Below, one piece after another: positions 39,765 to 52,470 of a stretch of DNA of 64,000 bases. Source of the DNA: Mobula hypostoma (taxonomy: Eukaryota); contig NC_086108.1 of NCBI RefSeq assembly GCF_963921235.1, forward strand, positions 2,790,001 to 2,854,000. The letters run 5' to 3'. The translations under genes were made by a program, and so were the position numbers. Every line of letters starts with the position of its first letter. Within the stretch, counting starts at the first letter, position 1. The notes under the pieces were generated by a model, which ran no database searches, was not told the DNA's origin, and worked only from the letters and a program-made list of their open reading frames with translations.

Positions 39765-40531
39765 TAATGGCTGCGGTCACCCGTCTTGTAAAGACACTGC
39801 CCAGAAGAAGGCAAACTTCTTCCGTAGAAAAATTTGTTAACAGCAACCATGGTCATGGGACCATGATCACTTAAGTCACAATACACGACACATGATGATG
39901 ACGATGATGACAAATTACCCTAGAGCTGACATATCCTCCAAAAGCTTTAAGTGGGGGACTGTTTTTGTGCTCAGGTGTTTAGGCTTTGTGTAGTACTCAG
40001 AATACGATCTATTTTACCTTAAAAGCAACCCAGAGTTTATGATTTGGTCTCAGTACCATATAACCATATAACCATTACAGCACAGAAACAGGCCATCTCG
40101 GCCCTTCTAGTCCTTACACTCGTGATTCTCTGCATGAACAAAAGGTCTCTGTAAAATTCCAGAATATTTAATTAGATATATCAAGGGTTCAAAAACTTCC
40201 AATTTATTATCAAACTCTGTATACCATGTTCAAAGGTTCAAAGGTCAAGTTTAATGTCAGAGAAACGTATACAATATACATCCTGAAATGCTTTTTCTTC
40301 GTAAAACATCCACGAAAACAGAGAAGTGCCCCAAAGAATGAATGACAGTTAAACGTGAGAACCCCAAAGTCCCCCCCCCAGCAAAAGTAAACGTGCATCG
40401 GTACAATCACCGAGCCCGTGTGTGCGCTAAGCAATAGCAAAGACACAGACCTTGCAGTTACACTGATTCGTTTCTCATTCTTGGGCTGTGATGCTTTAAT
40501 CACCACAGAGTAATGGAGCTGAGCACGGGTT

Positions 40532-41782
40532 CATAGAAACATAGAAACATAGAAAATAGGTGCAGGAGTAGGCCATTCGGCCCTTCGAGCCTGCATCGCC
40601 ATTTATTATGATCATGGCTGATCATCCAACTCAGAACCCCACCCCAGCCTTCCCTCCATACCCCCTGACCCCCGTAGCCACAAGGGCCATATCTAACTCC
40701 CTCTTAAATATAGGTAATGGACTGGCCTCAACTGTTTCCTGTGGCAGAGAATTCCACAGATTCACCACTCTCTGTGTGAAGAAGTTTTTCCTAATCTCGG
40801 TCCTAAAAGGCTTCCCCTCTATCCTCAAACGGTGGCCCCTTGTTCTGGACTTCCCCAACATCGGGAACAATCTTCCTGCATCTAGTCTGTCCAATCCCTT
40901 TAGGATCTTATATGTTTCAATCAGATCCCCCCTCAATCTTCTAAATTCCAACGAGTACAAGCCCAGTTCATCCAGTCTTTCTTCATATGAAAGTCCTGCC
41001 ATCCCAGAAATCAATCTGGTGAACCTTCTTTGTACTCCCTCTATGGCAAGGATGTCTTTCCTCAGATTAGGGGACCAAAACTGCACACAATACTCCAAGT
41101 GTGGTCTCACCAAGGCCTTGTACAACTGCAGTAGTACCTCCCTGCTCCTGTACTTGAATCCTCTCGCTATAAATGCCAGCATACCATTCGCCTTTTTCAC
41201 CGCCTGCTGTACCTGCATGCCCACTTTCAATGACTGGTGTATAATGACACCCAGGTCTCGTTGCACCTCCCCTTTTCAAAATCGGCCACCATTCAGATAA
41301 TAATCTGTTTTCCTATTTTTGCCACCAAAGTGGATAACTTCACATTTATCCACATTAAATTGCATCTGCCATGAATTTGCCCACTCACCCAACTTATCCA
41401 AGTCACCCTGCATCCTCTTAGCATCCTCCTCACAGCAAACACTGCCACCCAGCTTCGTGTCATCCGCAAACTTGGAGATGCTGCATTTAATTCCCTCATC
41501 CAAGTCATTAATATATATTGTAAACAACTGGGGTCCCAGCACTCAGCCTTGCGGTACCCCACTAGTCACCGCCTGCCATTCTGAAAAGGTCCCGTTTATT
41601 CCCACTCTTTGCTTCCTGTCTGCTAACCAATTCTCCACCCACACCAATACCTTACCCCCAATACCGTGTGCTTTAAGTTTTCACACTAATCTCCTGTGTG
41701 GGACCTTGTCAAAAGCCTTTTGAAAATCCAAATATACCACATCCACTGGTTCTCCCCTATCCACTCTACTAGTTACATCCTC
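40532..41782 (-). mobile_element. CR1 LINE 3' part, young copy
   Basis: RT ORFs and (CATAGAAA)n tail on the plus strand; possible TSD GGTTCA at 40528 and 41791. Confidence 0.95.
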
Positions 41783-42384
41783 ACAGTTTCGGTTCACGGG
41801 CCTCGATGCAGTGTCCGGCCGTATCCGCGTTCTCGAGAGGGAAGTTCGCCAAGTGCTTCAGTATATCTTAAAATTGCTAGTTCATTTAGATGGTTAAAAA
41901 GTATATTTCTAAATGGGAAATTATGGGCTGTGGATTGCAGTGATTGTAGTTCAGAAGAAGTGTAACTAGTAGGGTATCTAGAGAGCCGTCTGCTAAAAAT
42001 GTCGCCGTGTGTTGCCTCCACCATCTTGATTGCTTGTAATCTAGACCAATGTCCTGAACCCTTCATTACATTTCAGTCTCTAATTCACCCCCATGGAGTT
42101 GATGGCTTTGTGGTCAAGTTTGTGGATGATACAAACAAAGGTGTCAGGGAAGGTAGAGTTAAAGAAACAGGAAGTTTGCAGAAAGACTAGTACAGATTAG
42201 GAGAATGGGCAAAGAAGTGGCAGATGGAATACAGTGTTGGGAAGTATATAGTCATGCATTTTGGTTGAAGAAAGGGTAGACTATTTAACTATTTCCAAGG
42301 TACAGAGGGACTTGGGAGTCCTCCTGCAGAATTCCCTTTCAGGTTGAGTCAGTGGTGAGGAAGACAAATGCAATCTTAGCATTT

Positions 42385-44347
42385 GAGAACTGGGAGAAAT
42401 TCAGAGTTCAGCAGAGGAGGACAAAGGTCTTAATTAGGAAGGGGAAAAAAGATTATGAGAGAAAACTGGCAGGGAACATAAAAACGGACTGTAAAAGCTT
42501 TTATAGATATGTAAAAAGGAAAAGACTGGTAAAGACAAATGTAGGTCCCCTGCAGACAGAAACAGGTGAATTGATTATGGGGAGCAAGGACATGGCAGAC
42601 CAATTGAATAATTACTTTGGTTCTGTCTTCACTAAGGAGGACATAAATAATCTTCCAGAAATAGTAGGGGACAGAGGGTCCAGTGGGATGGAGGAACTGA
42701 GTGAAATACATGTTAGTAGGGAAGTGGTGTTAGGTAAATTGAAGGGATTGCAGGCAGATAAATCCCCAGGGCCAGATGGTCTGCATCCTAGAGTGCTTAA
42801 GGAAGTAGCCCAAGAAATAGTGGATGCATTAGTGATAATTTTTCAAAACTCGTTAGATTCTGGACTAGTTCCTGAGGATTGGAGGGTGGCTAATGTAACT
42901 CCACTTTTTAAAAAAGGAGGGAGAGAGAAACCGGGGAATTATAGACCAGTTAGCCTAACATCGGTGGTGGGGAAACTGCTGGAGTCAGTTACCAAGGATG
43001 TGATAACAGCACATTTGGAAAGCGGTGAAATGATTGGACAAAGTCAGCATGGATTTGTGAAAGGAAAATCATGTCTGACGAAGCTCATAGAATTTTTTGA
43101 GGATGTAACTAGTAGAGTGGATAGGGGAGAACCAGTGGATGTGGTATATTTGGATTTTCAAAAGGCTTTTGACAAGGTCCCACACAGGAGATTAGTGTGC
43201 AAACTTAAAGCACATGGTATTGGGGGTAAGGTATTGGTGTGGTTGGAGAATTGGTTAGCAGACAGAAAGCAAAGAGTGGGAATAAATGGGACCTTTACAG
43301 AATGGCAGGAAGTGACTAGTGGGGTACCACAAGGCTCAGTGCTGGGACCCCCGTTGTTTACAATATATATTAATGACTTGGATGAGGGAATTAAATGCAG
43401 CATCTTCAAGTTTGCGGATGACATGAAGCTGGGTGGCAGTGTTAGCTGTGAGGAGGATGCTAAGAGGATGCAGGGTGACTTGGATAGGTTGAGTGAGTGG
43501 GCAAATTCATGGCAGATGCAATTTAATGTGGATAAATGTGAAGTTATCCACTTTGGTGGCAAAAATAGGAAAACAGATTATTATCTGAATGGTGGCTGAT
43601 TAGGAAAAGGGGAGGTGCAATGAGACCTGGGTGTCATTATACACCAGTCATTGAAAGTGGGCATGCAGGTACAGCAGGCGGTGAAAAAGGCGAATGGTAT
43701 GCTGGCATTTATAGCGAGAGGATTCGAGTACAGGAGCAGGGAGGTACTACTGCAGTTGTACAAGGCCTTGGTGAGACCACACCTGGAGTATTGTGTGCAG
43801 TTTTGGTCCCCTAATCTGTGGAAAGACATCTTTGCCATAGAGGGAGTACAACGAAGGTTCACCAGATTGATTCCTGGGATGGCAGGACTTTCATATGAAG
43901 AAAGACTGGATGAACTAATAGTACTCGTTGGAATTTAGAAGATTGAGGGGGGATCTGATTGAAACGTATAAGATCCTAAAGGGATTGGACAGGCTAGATG
44001 CAGGAAGATTGTTCCCAATGTTGGGGAAGTCCAGAACGAGGGGTCACAGTTTGAGGATAGAGGGGAAGCCTTTTAGGACCGAGATTAGGAAAAACTTCTT
44101 CACACAGAGAGTGGTGAATCTGTGGAATTCTCTGCCACAGGAAACAGTTGAGGCCAGTTCATTGGCTATATTTAAGAGGGAGTTAGATATGGCCCTTGTG
44201 GCTACGGGGGTCAGGGGGTATGGAGGGAAGGCTGGGGCGGGGTTCTGAGTTGGATGATCAGCCATGATCATAATAAATGGCGGTGCAGGCTCAAAGGGCC
44301 GAATGGCCTACTCCTGCACCTATTTTCTATGTTTCTATGTTTCTATT
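42385..44347 (+). mobile_element. CR1 LINE, young copy, nested in an older CR1 (~42095-44905)
   Basis: ORF 42352-43599 RT and (TTTCTATG)n tail. The older CR1 reading NAILAF... resumes at 44348 (...LEYKSKD..LRLYKAL). Confidence 0.95.
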
Positions 44348-44990
44348 TTAAGGGTACTAGAATATAAAAGCAAAGATATAATGCTAAGGCTTTATAAGGC
44401 ATTGTTCAGACTGCATGGAGTACTGTGAGCAGTTTTGGGCCCCTTATCTAAGAAAGGACGTCTTGGGATTGGAGAGGATTCAGAAGCAGTTCACAAGAAT
44501 GAATACGGGAATGAAAGGGTTAATCTATGTGGCGCATTCGATGGTTCTGGGCCTGTATTCACTGGAGTTTAGAAGAAAGAGGGGGATCTCATTGAAACCT
44601 ATAGAATATTGGAACGGCTAGATAGAGTGGATGTGGAGAGGATGTTTCCAATGGTGGGGGAGTCTACGATCAGAGGGCACAGCCACAGAATACAGGCATG
44701 TCTCTTTAGAACAGAGATAAGGAGGAATTTCTTTAGCTAGAGGATGGTGAATCTGTGGAAATCATATTCACAGATGGCTGTGGAGGCCAAGTCATTAGTT
44801 ATGTTTAAAATGGGGATTGATGGCCCTTACTAATAAAGGCATCAAAGTTTCTGGGGAGGGGGCAGAAGAATGGTGTTGAGAGGGTAATAAATCATCCATG
44901 ACGGGGTCACAGACTCCTCATTGTATGTTCTCGATATTTACTGCTTACTTATTTATTACAATTGTTTCTTTGTTTTGCATTTGCAGTTTG

Positions 44991-46231
44991 TGTCACAATG
45001 GGGGGGGGGCACTGGGAGCAAGACTGGACCCAAATGCAAGACACATCTTGTGAGGTTAATTAGATTTAGTTTATTGTTCGATACCAGGAGAGCAAGGCAG
45101 GAGTAGGAACAGCGAACTGGACAAGGACTGAGGACTACGACTAGGCTGGGACAAGGGGTCTGGGCTAGGACTCAGAATCGGCTCCCAGAACTAGAGGAGA
45201 CATGAATAGGCTACGGTATGGACTCCGAGCCAGAGACTGGGCAAGGACCCAGTACCTGGGTCTTGCCTCGGGCTCGGACCCCAGAACAAGGCAAGGACAT
45301 GACATGGACTAGGGAGAGGAAGAATATGGGAACACCGAGCCTTGGTCTCGGGGGGCAGGTACATGGAACCATGGACACATACACAGAACAGAGAGCCGGG
45401 ACCCCTCCTTGGGAACAGGACATAGGGCCGGGACTCATGACCCCCGCGGGGCAACGGCAAGATGGCCTGACTTACCCCACGGAGGCAAGGACAAGACAAG
45501 ACCAACACGAAAGAACACCAGACAGTACCTATCTAGCACCGGTGATAGAACAAGACTGAGGTGCAGACGAGGGCTGCAGACGAGGGCTAGAGGCGAAAGG
45601 GGCAGAGAAGGGGTTCAGACGGGGGGTAGGACAGGAATCACAGACCACCAGGGCCAGGACTTGACTCGGAACTTGGACGCCGCCAGGACCGAGATTTGAC
45701 TTGGAACTTGGATGCCGCTAGGACCGGGACTTGACTCGGAACTTGGATGCCGCTAGGACCGGGACTTGACTCGGAACTTGGATGCCCCCAGGGCCGGGAC
45801 TTGACTTGGAGCCTCCGGGTAGTGGCGAGCTCTCGACTCAGCCCGGGAACAGTAGACGGCGGTTCTTGATTCCCTCTGGCGGGTTAACTGACGGACCCAC
45901 CTCGATAAGGAAACTTTGCAGGCTCGTTTTGGCGAGGTAACTTGACAGGTGCTCCAGTGAGGAAAGGCGAATTATCAGCACTCGCCTCGGGCGGAGACAT
46001 GGCTTGCTCCAGCCAGATGACATTGGCACGCCGTTCCTTTAGTGACTTTGCAGACGCTCTCGCACTGAGTGGCTGAAAGCCGGAGACGATAAACTACCGG
46101 TTCAGCCGAGAGCAAATTGCCTCTAATCACCAAGGCCGAGGGACACGGGAAAACAGGGAACCAAAGGGAAACAGTCCAGATTGTAACATAAACAAAGTAA
46201 TTTTAAAGAGACCCCGATCCGGACCATGACA
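44991..46231 (-). mobile_element. Solo LTR with internal 35-bp tandem repeat
   Basis: TGTCA...TGACA inverted termini; 5-bp TSD GTTTG at 44986-44990 and 46232-46236; 35-bp unit repeated 4-5 times at ~45650-45810. Confidence 0.88.
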
Positions 46232-48034
46232 GTTTGTTGTCTTCTACACTCTGACTGAATGCCCCAGCTGATTCTGTTATTTTTCTGTAGATTTGTTGAG
46301 TATGCCAATGAGAAAATGAATCTCAGGGTTCTATATGCTGACATATATGTACTTTAATTATAACATTTACTTAAAGTTACCTATTTACTCAAAGTTCAAA
46401 TTATAAAATTTACTTTGATCTTTGAATGGCAGAGCAGACTCGATGGGCCAAACGGAGAGGGCACGAGAGGTATATTGTGAGACCCTCTTGTCGTACTAGG
46501 CAAACGTGCAATCGTCTGCTAACACTGGGTTAGAAGCCGTCCTTTAGCCTGGTGAAGCGTGCTTTCAGACTTCTGTATCTCTTGCCTGACTGGGGGATGG
46601 GGAAGGAAGGAATAAAGACAGAACACCTGAGGTTTATAAGAAGTGTATCATTTATGTTAAGGCAAGTTTGTATTAACTTATCTTTATCATCTTGGACAAG
46701 GCAGGAACCGGGTATTGATAGTAGATGATCAGCCATGATCTCAGAATGGCAGTGCAGGCTCGAAGGGCCGAATGGTCTACTTTTGCACCTATTGTCTATT
46801 GTCTATTGTCTATCTTTGGAATATCTCTCTCTCTTTGGCCATCCATCCCATAGGATGATGATGGTTCCTTTCAGTCAGTTAGTGGGGTTGACCCCACTCC
46901 TCAGAAAGGAGCAGCGTGTGCGTGAGTGGATTTTAGGTGAGTAGGGGGTTGCACAGGTCCAGACCCACCCTCTCGACATCCCCTCCCGGATCCAGTGGCA
47001 TGATGGGGTCCAAGACGGCTGGGGGAGGTTCTGTTGCAGTGAATGGCCAGACCAAGCTTCGATGCAAGGGATGCCCTTTCCGCGCTTCACGGCACGTGTT
47101 TGCTAGATGGCCGTTGACCCCACGAGAGGGTTCATCCGCCCTTTGACAGGTCTTGTTTTTCGTCCTGCAGGGTGTCCAGCCACCCGCCTCACCAGGCAAG
47201 CCTGATGGGGGAGCTGGTTTAGTCGCCGGCCCCGACCATGCGACAGGTAGTGCTGGGTTACATGGTACCAGTAGCACTCAGATGAATATTCTGTGGAATA
47301 TACTGTGCTTCTGTAAAATTAATGTTTATGTCATTCATCCTGTGTACGTATGCCCACGACAATAAACGTGAACTTGAAGGTTTATTCTGTGTGCTGCTTC
47401 ACCATAAAACTACCCAAGCCCCTCAGTGGACAAAAATATATCTTAGTTTGATACACAGTTCTGGTTTACGACAGGGTCAAAGCTCGCAAATTTCTACAGA
47501 TGTACCATGGAGAACATCCTAACTGGCTACATCACCACCTAGTACAGAGGGGCTTCTGCTCAGGATCGGGAAAAAGCTCCAAACTCGCCCACTTGCACCA
47601 TGGCACCAGGCTCCCCAGCATCAAGGACATCCTCAACGGCGATGCCTCAGAAAGGCAGCCTCCATCATTAAGGACCAGCCCCTCATCACCCAGGACATGC
47701 CCTCTTCTCATTGCTACCATCAGGGAGGAGGTACAGGAGCCTGAAGACACACACTCAACGATTCAGGAACAGCTTCTTCCCCTCTGCCATCTGATTCCTG
47801 AACAGACATTGAACCCACGAACACAACCTCATCATTTTTCTTTTTTTCTCTCTTTTTGCACCTCTTATTTAATATTTTAATATTTCTTATTGCACTTTAT
47901 AGTTTTTCACTATAATGCATTGCATGGTAGTACTGCCGCAAGTCAACAATGCTAGTGACATTAAATCTTATTCCAAAGCTTGTTTATGTTAATTCTCAAC
48001 ATCTGCTTTCCCTTCATCAGTCCTCCAAGCACAT

Positions 48035-48505
48035 GCCAGGAGTTCACTCCCTCCCCTCGCTCGGCCTGGGTCTCATTTCCTTTCTGCCGGGAGTTCATTC
48101 CCTCCCCTCGCTCGGCCTGGGTCTCATTTCCTTTCTGCCGGGAGTTCACTCCCTCCCCTCGCTCGGCCTGGGTCTCATTTCCTTTCTGCCGGGAGTTCAC
48201 TCCCTCCCCTCGCTCGGCCTGGGTCTCATTTCCTTTCTGCCGGGAGTTCATTCCCTCCCCTCGCTCGGCCTGGCTCTCGTTTCCTTTCTGCCGTGAGTTC
48301 ACTCCCTCCCCTCACTCGGCCTGGGTCTCATTTCCTTTCTGCCGGGAGTTCACTCCCTCCCCTCGCTCGGCCTGGGTCTCATTTCCTTTCTGCCGGGAGT
48401 TCACTCCCTCCCCTCGCTCGGGCTGGGACTCATTTCCTTTCTGCCAGGAGTTCACTCCCTCCCCTCGATTGGGCTGGGTCTCATTTCCTTTCTTCCACTG
48501 GGTCT
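48035..48505. repeat. 51-bp minisatellite, about 9 copies
   Basis: Unit GGGAGTTCACTCCCTCCCCTCGCTCGGCCTGGGTCTCATTTCCTTTCTGCC; gives 17-aa periodic ORFs. Confidence 0.95.
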
Positions 48506-48894
48506 CTCACGTTGCTTCGCTGCTCCCTCTCAGTGTTCTCCTCCACTCACTCTTTTCTCTGCACACATTCTCTTCTTTCCACAATACTTCCCCCCCCCCA
48601 CTTTCTCACTTCCTTCTCTCGCTCTCTCTCAGAGCCTCATTGCGTTTTCCTGTCGATCTCACATTCCTTTTCTGTTTTCTCTTCACACTCTCTCTCAGTG
48701 CCTCACCATCCCAGGCCACTCGCTGCTAAAATAGTCCCAGCGAATGTGACTGACTGAGAAATTGATTCACTGCAGAGATTTTCACTGATCATCTATTTAC
48801 ACTGGGCCCACAGGCTGAAAAGACTAATGTGTAGTTAATTGTCAAGCGAGACTCTGAAGGAATGCAAAGCACTGAACAAAGCCAAGAGCATTAC

Positions 48895-51720
48895 TAACAA
48901 GAGAAAATCTGCAGATGCTGGAAATCCGAGCAAAACATAGGAACTCAGCAGGCCAGGCAGCATCTATGGAAAAGAGTACAATTGCTGTTTCTGGCTGAGA
49001 CCCTTCGGCAGGACTGGGGAAAAAAAGATGAGGAGACAAAAGGTGGAAAGTTGATTGGTTAAAGAGATTAGGATCGTCCGTCGTCATTGATGAAGACCTC
49101 GACACCATTAGTGCTTCTTACGAGGTCGAGTTGCTAGCTCAACACTCAACCCGGCACGGATGGAAAGCGTGCCCGGGAGCGGCCCGACTGGATTCGAACC
49201 CGGGAACCTCCGTTCCAGAGTCTGGCGCTGATGTCACTGCGCCACCAGCCGGTTTGATGGTGTCGAGACTAGCACATGATTTGGATTTAAGTGAGGGAGA
49301 TTTGCGCAGCGTCAGCCTCACTCTCTCTTCCCAATTCCCATCTGGATCCAGTGGCAAGACAGAGTCTAGACGGCTGGAGATGGGACTAGGCGCAGTGGAT
49401 GACCAGGACGTCTTCTGTGTCTTGTCCTGCTCTACACGTTCCTCGACGCTTGCAGAGACCGCTTTCTTGACCGTTGGACCTTCCATTGGTCTCATCCACT
49501 CAATCCGCCGGAGTCTGTCTTCACGTGCTGGGATAGACAACTCCCCATCTCACCGAGGGTTTGAGACCCGTCGGCTACCCTCACCTGGTTTAGTCGGCTT
49601 GTCGAAGCCGTTGCCCGGGGTGTGGCCACTGTCGCATGCAAACAGCTACGGGGAGCCACAGGTGAGAGCTGAGTGCCAGGTGGGGACCAAAGGTGGACTA
49701 ACCGCCCTGAAAAGGATGCAACATGTCCCCCACCAGAGGTGCTACCCCTCCCTGACACCCCATACATCCGGTTAAAGAGATACAGGGCTGGTGAAGGGGG
49801 AGTCTAGAAGAAGAGAACTGAAGGCTGTGGAAGAAAGAAAGCAGGGGAGGAACACCAGAGGGAGGCGATGGACAAGCAAGGAGATAAGATGAGAGAGGGA
49901 AAAGGGGATGGGGAATGGTGAAGTGGTGGGGGCGGAGGGCATTACCAGAAGTTCAAGAAATCGATGTTCATGCCGTCAGGTTGGAGACTACCAATCGGAA
50001 TACAAGGTGTTGTTCCTCCAACCTGAGTGTGGCCTCATCACGACATACTGGAAGGGGAATGGGAAGTGGAATTTCTGGTGGATGGAGCATAGGTGCTCGG
50101 CAAAAGTGGTCTCCAAATCTATGTCGGTCTCACCAATACACAGGAGACCACACCAGGAGAAGGACAAATGGACAAGGGAGTCGCGTAGGGAGCGATCCCT
50201 GCAGAAAGCAGAAAGTTGGGGGAGGGGTTGTGGAGAGGGGAAGATGTGCTTGGCGGTGGATCCCATAGGAGATGGCAGAAGCTGTGGAGAATTATGTGCT
50301 GGACGCGAAGGCTGGCGGAATGACAGGTGAGGACAAGAGGAACCCTATCCCTGGCAGAGTGGCAGGAGGATGGGATGAGAGCAAACCTGCGTGAAATGGA
50401 AGAGATGCTGTTGAGGGCAGCATTAATGGTGGAGGAAGGGAAGCCCCTTTCTTTGAAGAAGGAAGACATCTCCTTCATCCTGGAATGTAAAACCTCATCC
50501 TGAGAGCAGATGCAGCAGAGACGGAGGAATTGAGAGAAGAGGGTGGCGTTTTTTGCAAGTAACAAGGTGAGAATGGGTATGGTCTAGGTAGCTGTGAGAG
50601 TCCATGGGTTTATAATAGACATCAGTAGATAAGCTGTCTCCAGAGAAAGAGACAGAGAGATCAAGAAAGGGGAGGGAGGTGTTGGAAACGGAGCAGGTAA
50701 ATTTGAGGGTAGGGTGGAAGTTGGAGGCAAAGTGGGTGAAGTCAATGAGTTCTGCATGGGTGCAGGAAGCAGCGCCAATGCAGTCGTCGATGTAGCATTG
50801 GAAAAGTGAGGGATGGCCACCAGTTCCAAGTAGCCGACAAACAGGCAGGCATAGCTGGGACCCATGTGAGTGCCCATGGCTACACCTTTTGTTTGAAGGA
50901 AGTGAGAGGAGCCAAAGGAGAAATTTAGGAGTGAGGACAGGTTCTGCCAGATGGAGGAGAGTGGTGGTGGAGGGGAACTGGTTGGGTCTGGTGTCCAGAA
51001 AGAAACGGAGAGGGTTGAGGCCTTTCTGGTGGGGGATGGAGGTGTATAGGGACTGGACATCCACAGTGAAAATAAGATGTGATGGTGGCTAGGGTACAGT
51101 GTTTGAAATCATTGAAATGATCCAGACGGTGTGAAGTGTCACGGATGTAGGTAGGATGAGACTGAACTAGGGGGGATAGGTATGCAGATGTGTTCAGTGG
51201 GGCAGGAACAAGCTGAAACAATGGGTCTACCTGGACAAGCAGGTTTGTGGATCTTGAGTAGGAGGTAGAAACGGGAGGTGCGGGGTGCAGGAACTATGAG
51301 GTTGGTGGATGGGAGATCCCCAGAGCTAATAAGGTCAGTGTTGGTGTGGGAGACAATGGCCTGGTGCTCTTTAGTGGGTTCTTGTTTGAGGTGTTAGTAA
51401 GAGAAGCTGTCTGAGAGTTGTCGCTGGGCCTCAGCAAGGTAAAGGTTAGTACACCAGACTACTACAGCACCCCTCTTATCTTCAGGATTGATGGTAAGGT
51501 TAGGATTGATGTGGAGGGAGTGGAGAGCAGAGCGTTTGGAAGGAGTGAGGTTGGAATTGGAGAGAGGAGTGTTGAAGTTGAGACAGTTGATGTCCTGTTG
51601 GCAGTTGGCAATGAAAAGGTCCAGAGCAGCAGAAGACCAGGGCGGGTGTCCGGGAAGAGGAGGAGGGTTGAAGACGGGAGAAGGAGTCATCGGTGCAGGG
51701 TAGAGAGTAAGTCGGGATAA
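48895..51720 (-). mobile_element. Degraded Penelope-like element (RT plus GIY-YIG) with nested insertion
   Basis: DKRGAVVVW, MDVQSLYTSIPH, QTKGVAMGTHMGPSYACLFVG, YIDDCIG, CGLLCIGET; terminal sequence shared with 26844-26980. Confidence 0.9.
49069..49769 (-). mobile_element. Non-autonomous retroelement insert containing a tRNA-derived SINE
   Basis: 12-bp TSD GGTTAAAGAGAT at 49057-49068 and 49770-49781. tRNA-like head on the minus strand at ~49252-49175 (A box TGGCGCAGTG, B box GGTTCGAATCC). Confidence 0.75.
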
Positions 51721-51904
51721 CAAGATCAAGGTAGCAAGGTTTTGGATTAGTGAAAGATATGTTTGAAACAGAAATTTATACTCAATTTAATAAGTCTCAC
51801 CTAAGGCACACATTCCCTAACTATTTTACCTCTAAGCCAGTATTCCCAAGGGCAATGTTAGCATTACTCATTACATCTTATAGCGTCTGTAAGACTGTAA
51901 GATC

Positions 51905-52470
51905 ATCATCATCAAATACCTTTTAATCCTCTGGGTGTCTAGGACATCAATGAAGGTCCTCCATCTCTGTCTGGCCTTGGCCATCTTCTCTATTGTGCCC
52001 CAGGTGTAGTTCAGGGTCCTCATTTCTGCCTCTGTGGTAGGGCACCAAGTTGCCTTTGGTCTCCCCTATTTCCTCCGCCCTTCAGAGGTTCAATGAAGAT
52101 CTGTCTTGACAATGGAGCTGGCCTCTCTTCTCATCACCTGCCCAACCCATCTCCAACGTTTCCTCATGATGATTGTGGCCGTGTCCTCTTGGTGACACTG
52201 AACGAGTCGCGGGTGGTTGGAGATCTTTCTTGGCCAGAAAATTCTGAGGATCTTCCGGAGGTTCTTGGTGTGGAATGACAAGGTCACTCTCTGACAAGCT
52301 TTGCAAGGTCACTCCCTGTCATGCACCATACAAGAGTGTGGACAGAAGGCAGCTCCGGTACAGCTTCACCTTGGTGTGGACACTCCACTTGGTTGATCCC
52401 CATATGTTGCTCATTGATCTGAAGACATTTGCAGCTTTGGTGAGTCTGTCAACCCTGGTCCCACTGTCTT
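51905..52470 (-). mobile_element. RTE-clade LINE 3' fragment
   Basis: LRKILRIFWPRKISN; RKRWRWVGQVMRR; (GAT)n tail. Confidence 0.8.

Noticed and set aside
49175..49252. Functional tRNA gene
   Set aside because: A and B boxes are present, but it continues into a SINE-like body and sits within nested retroelements.
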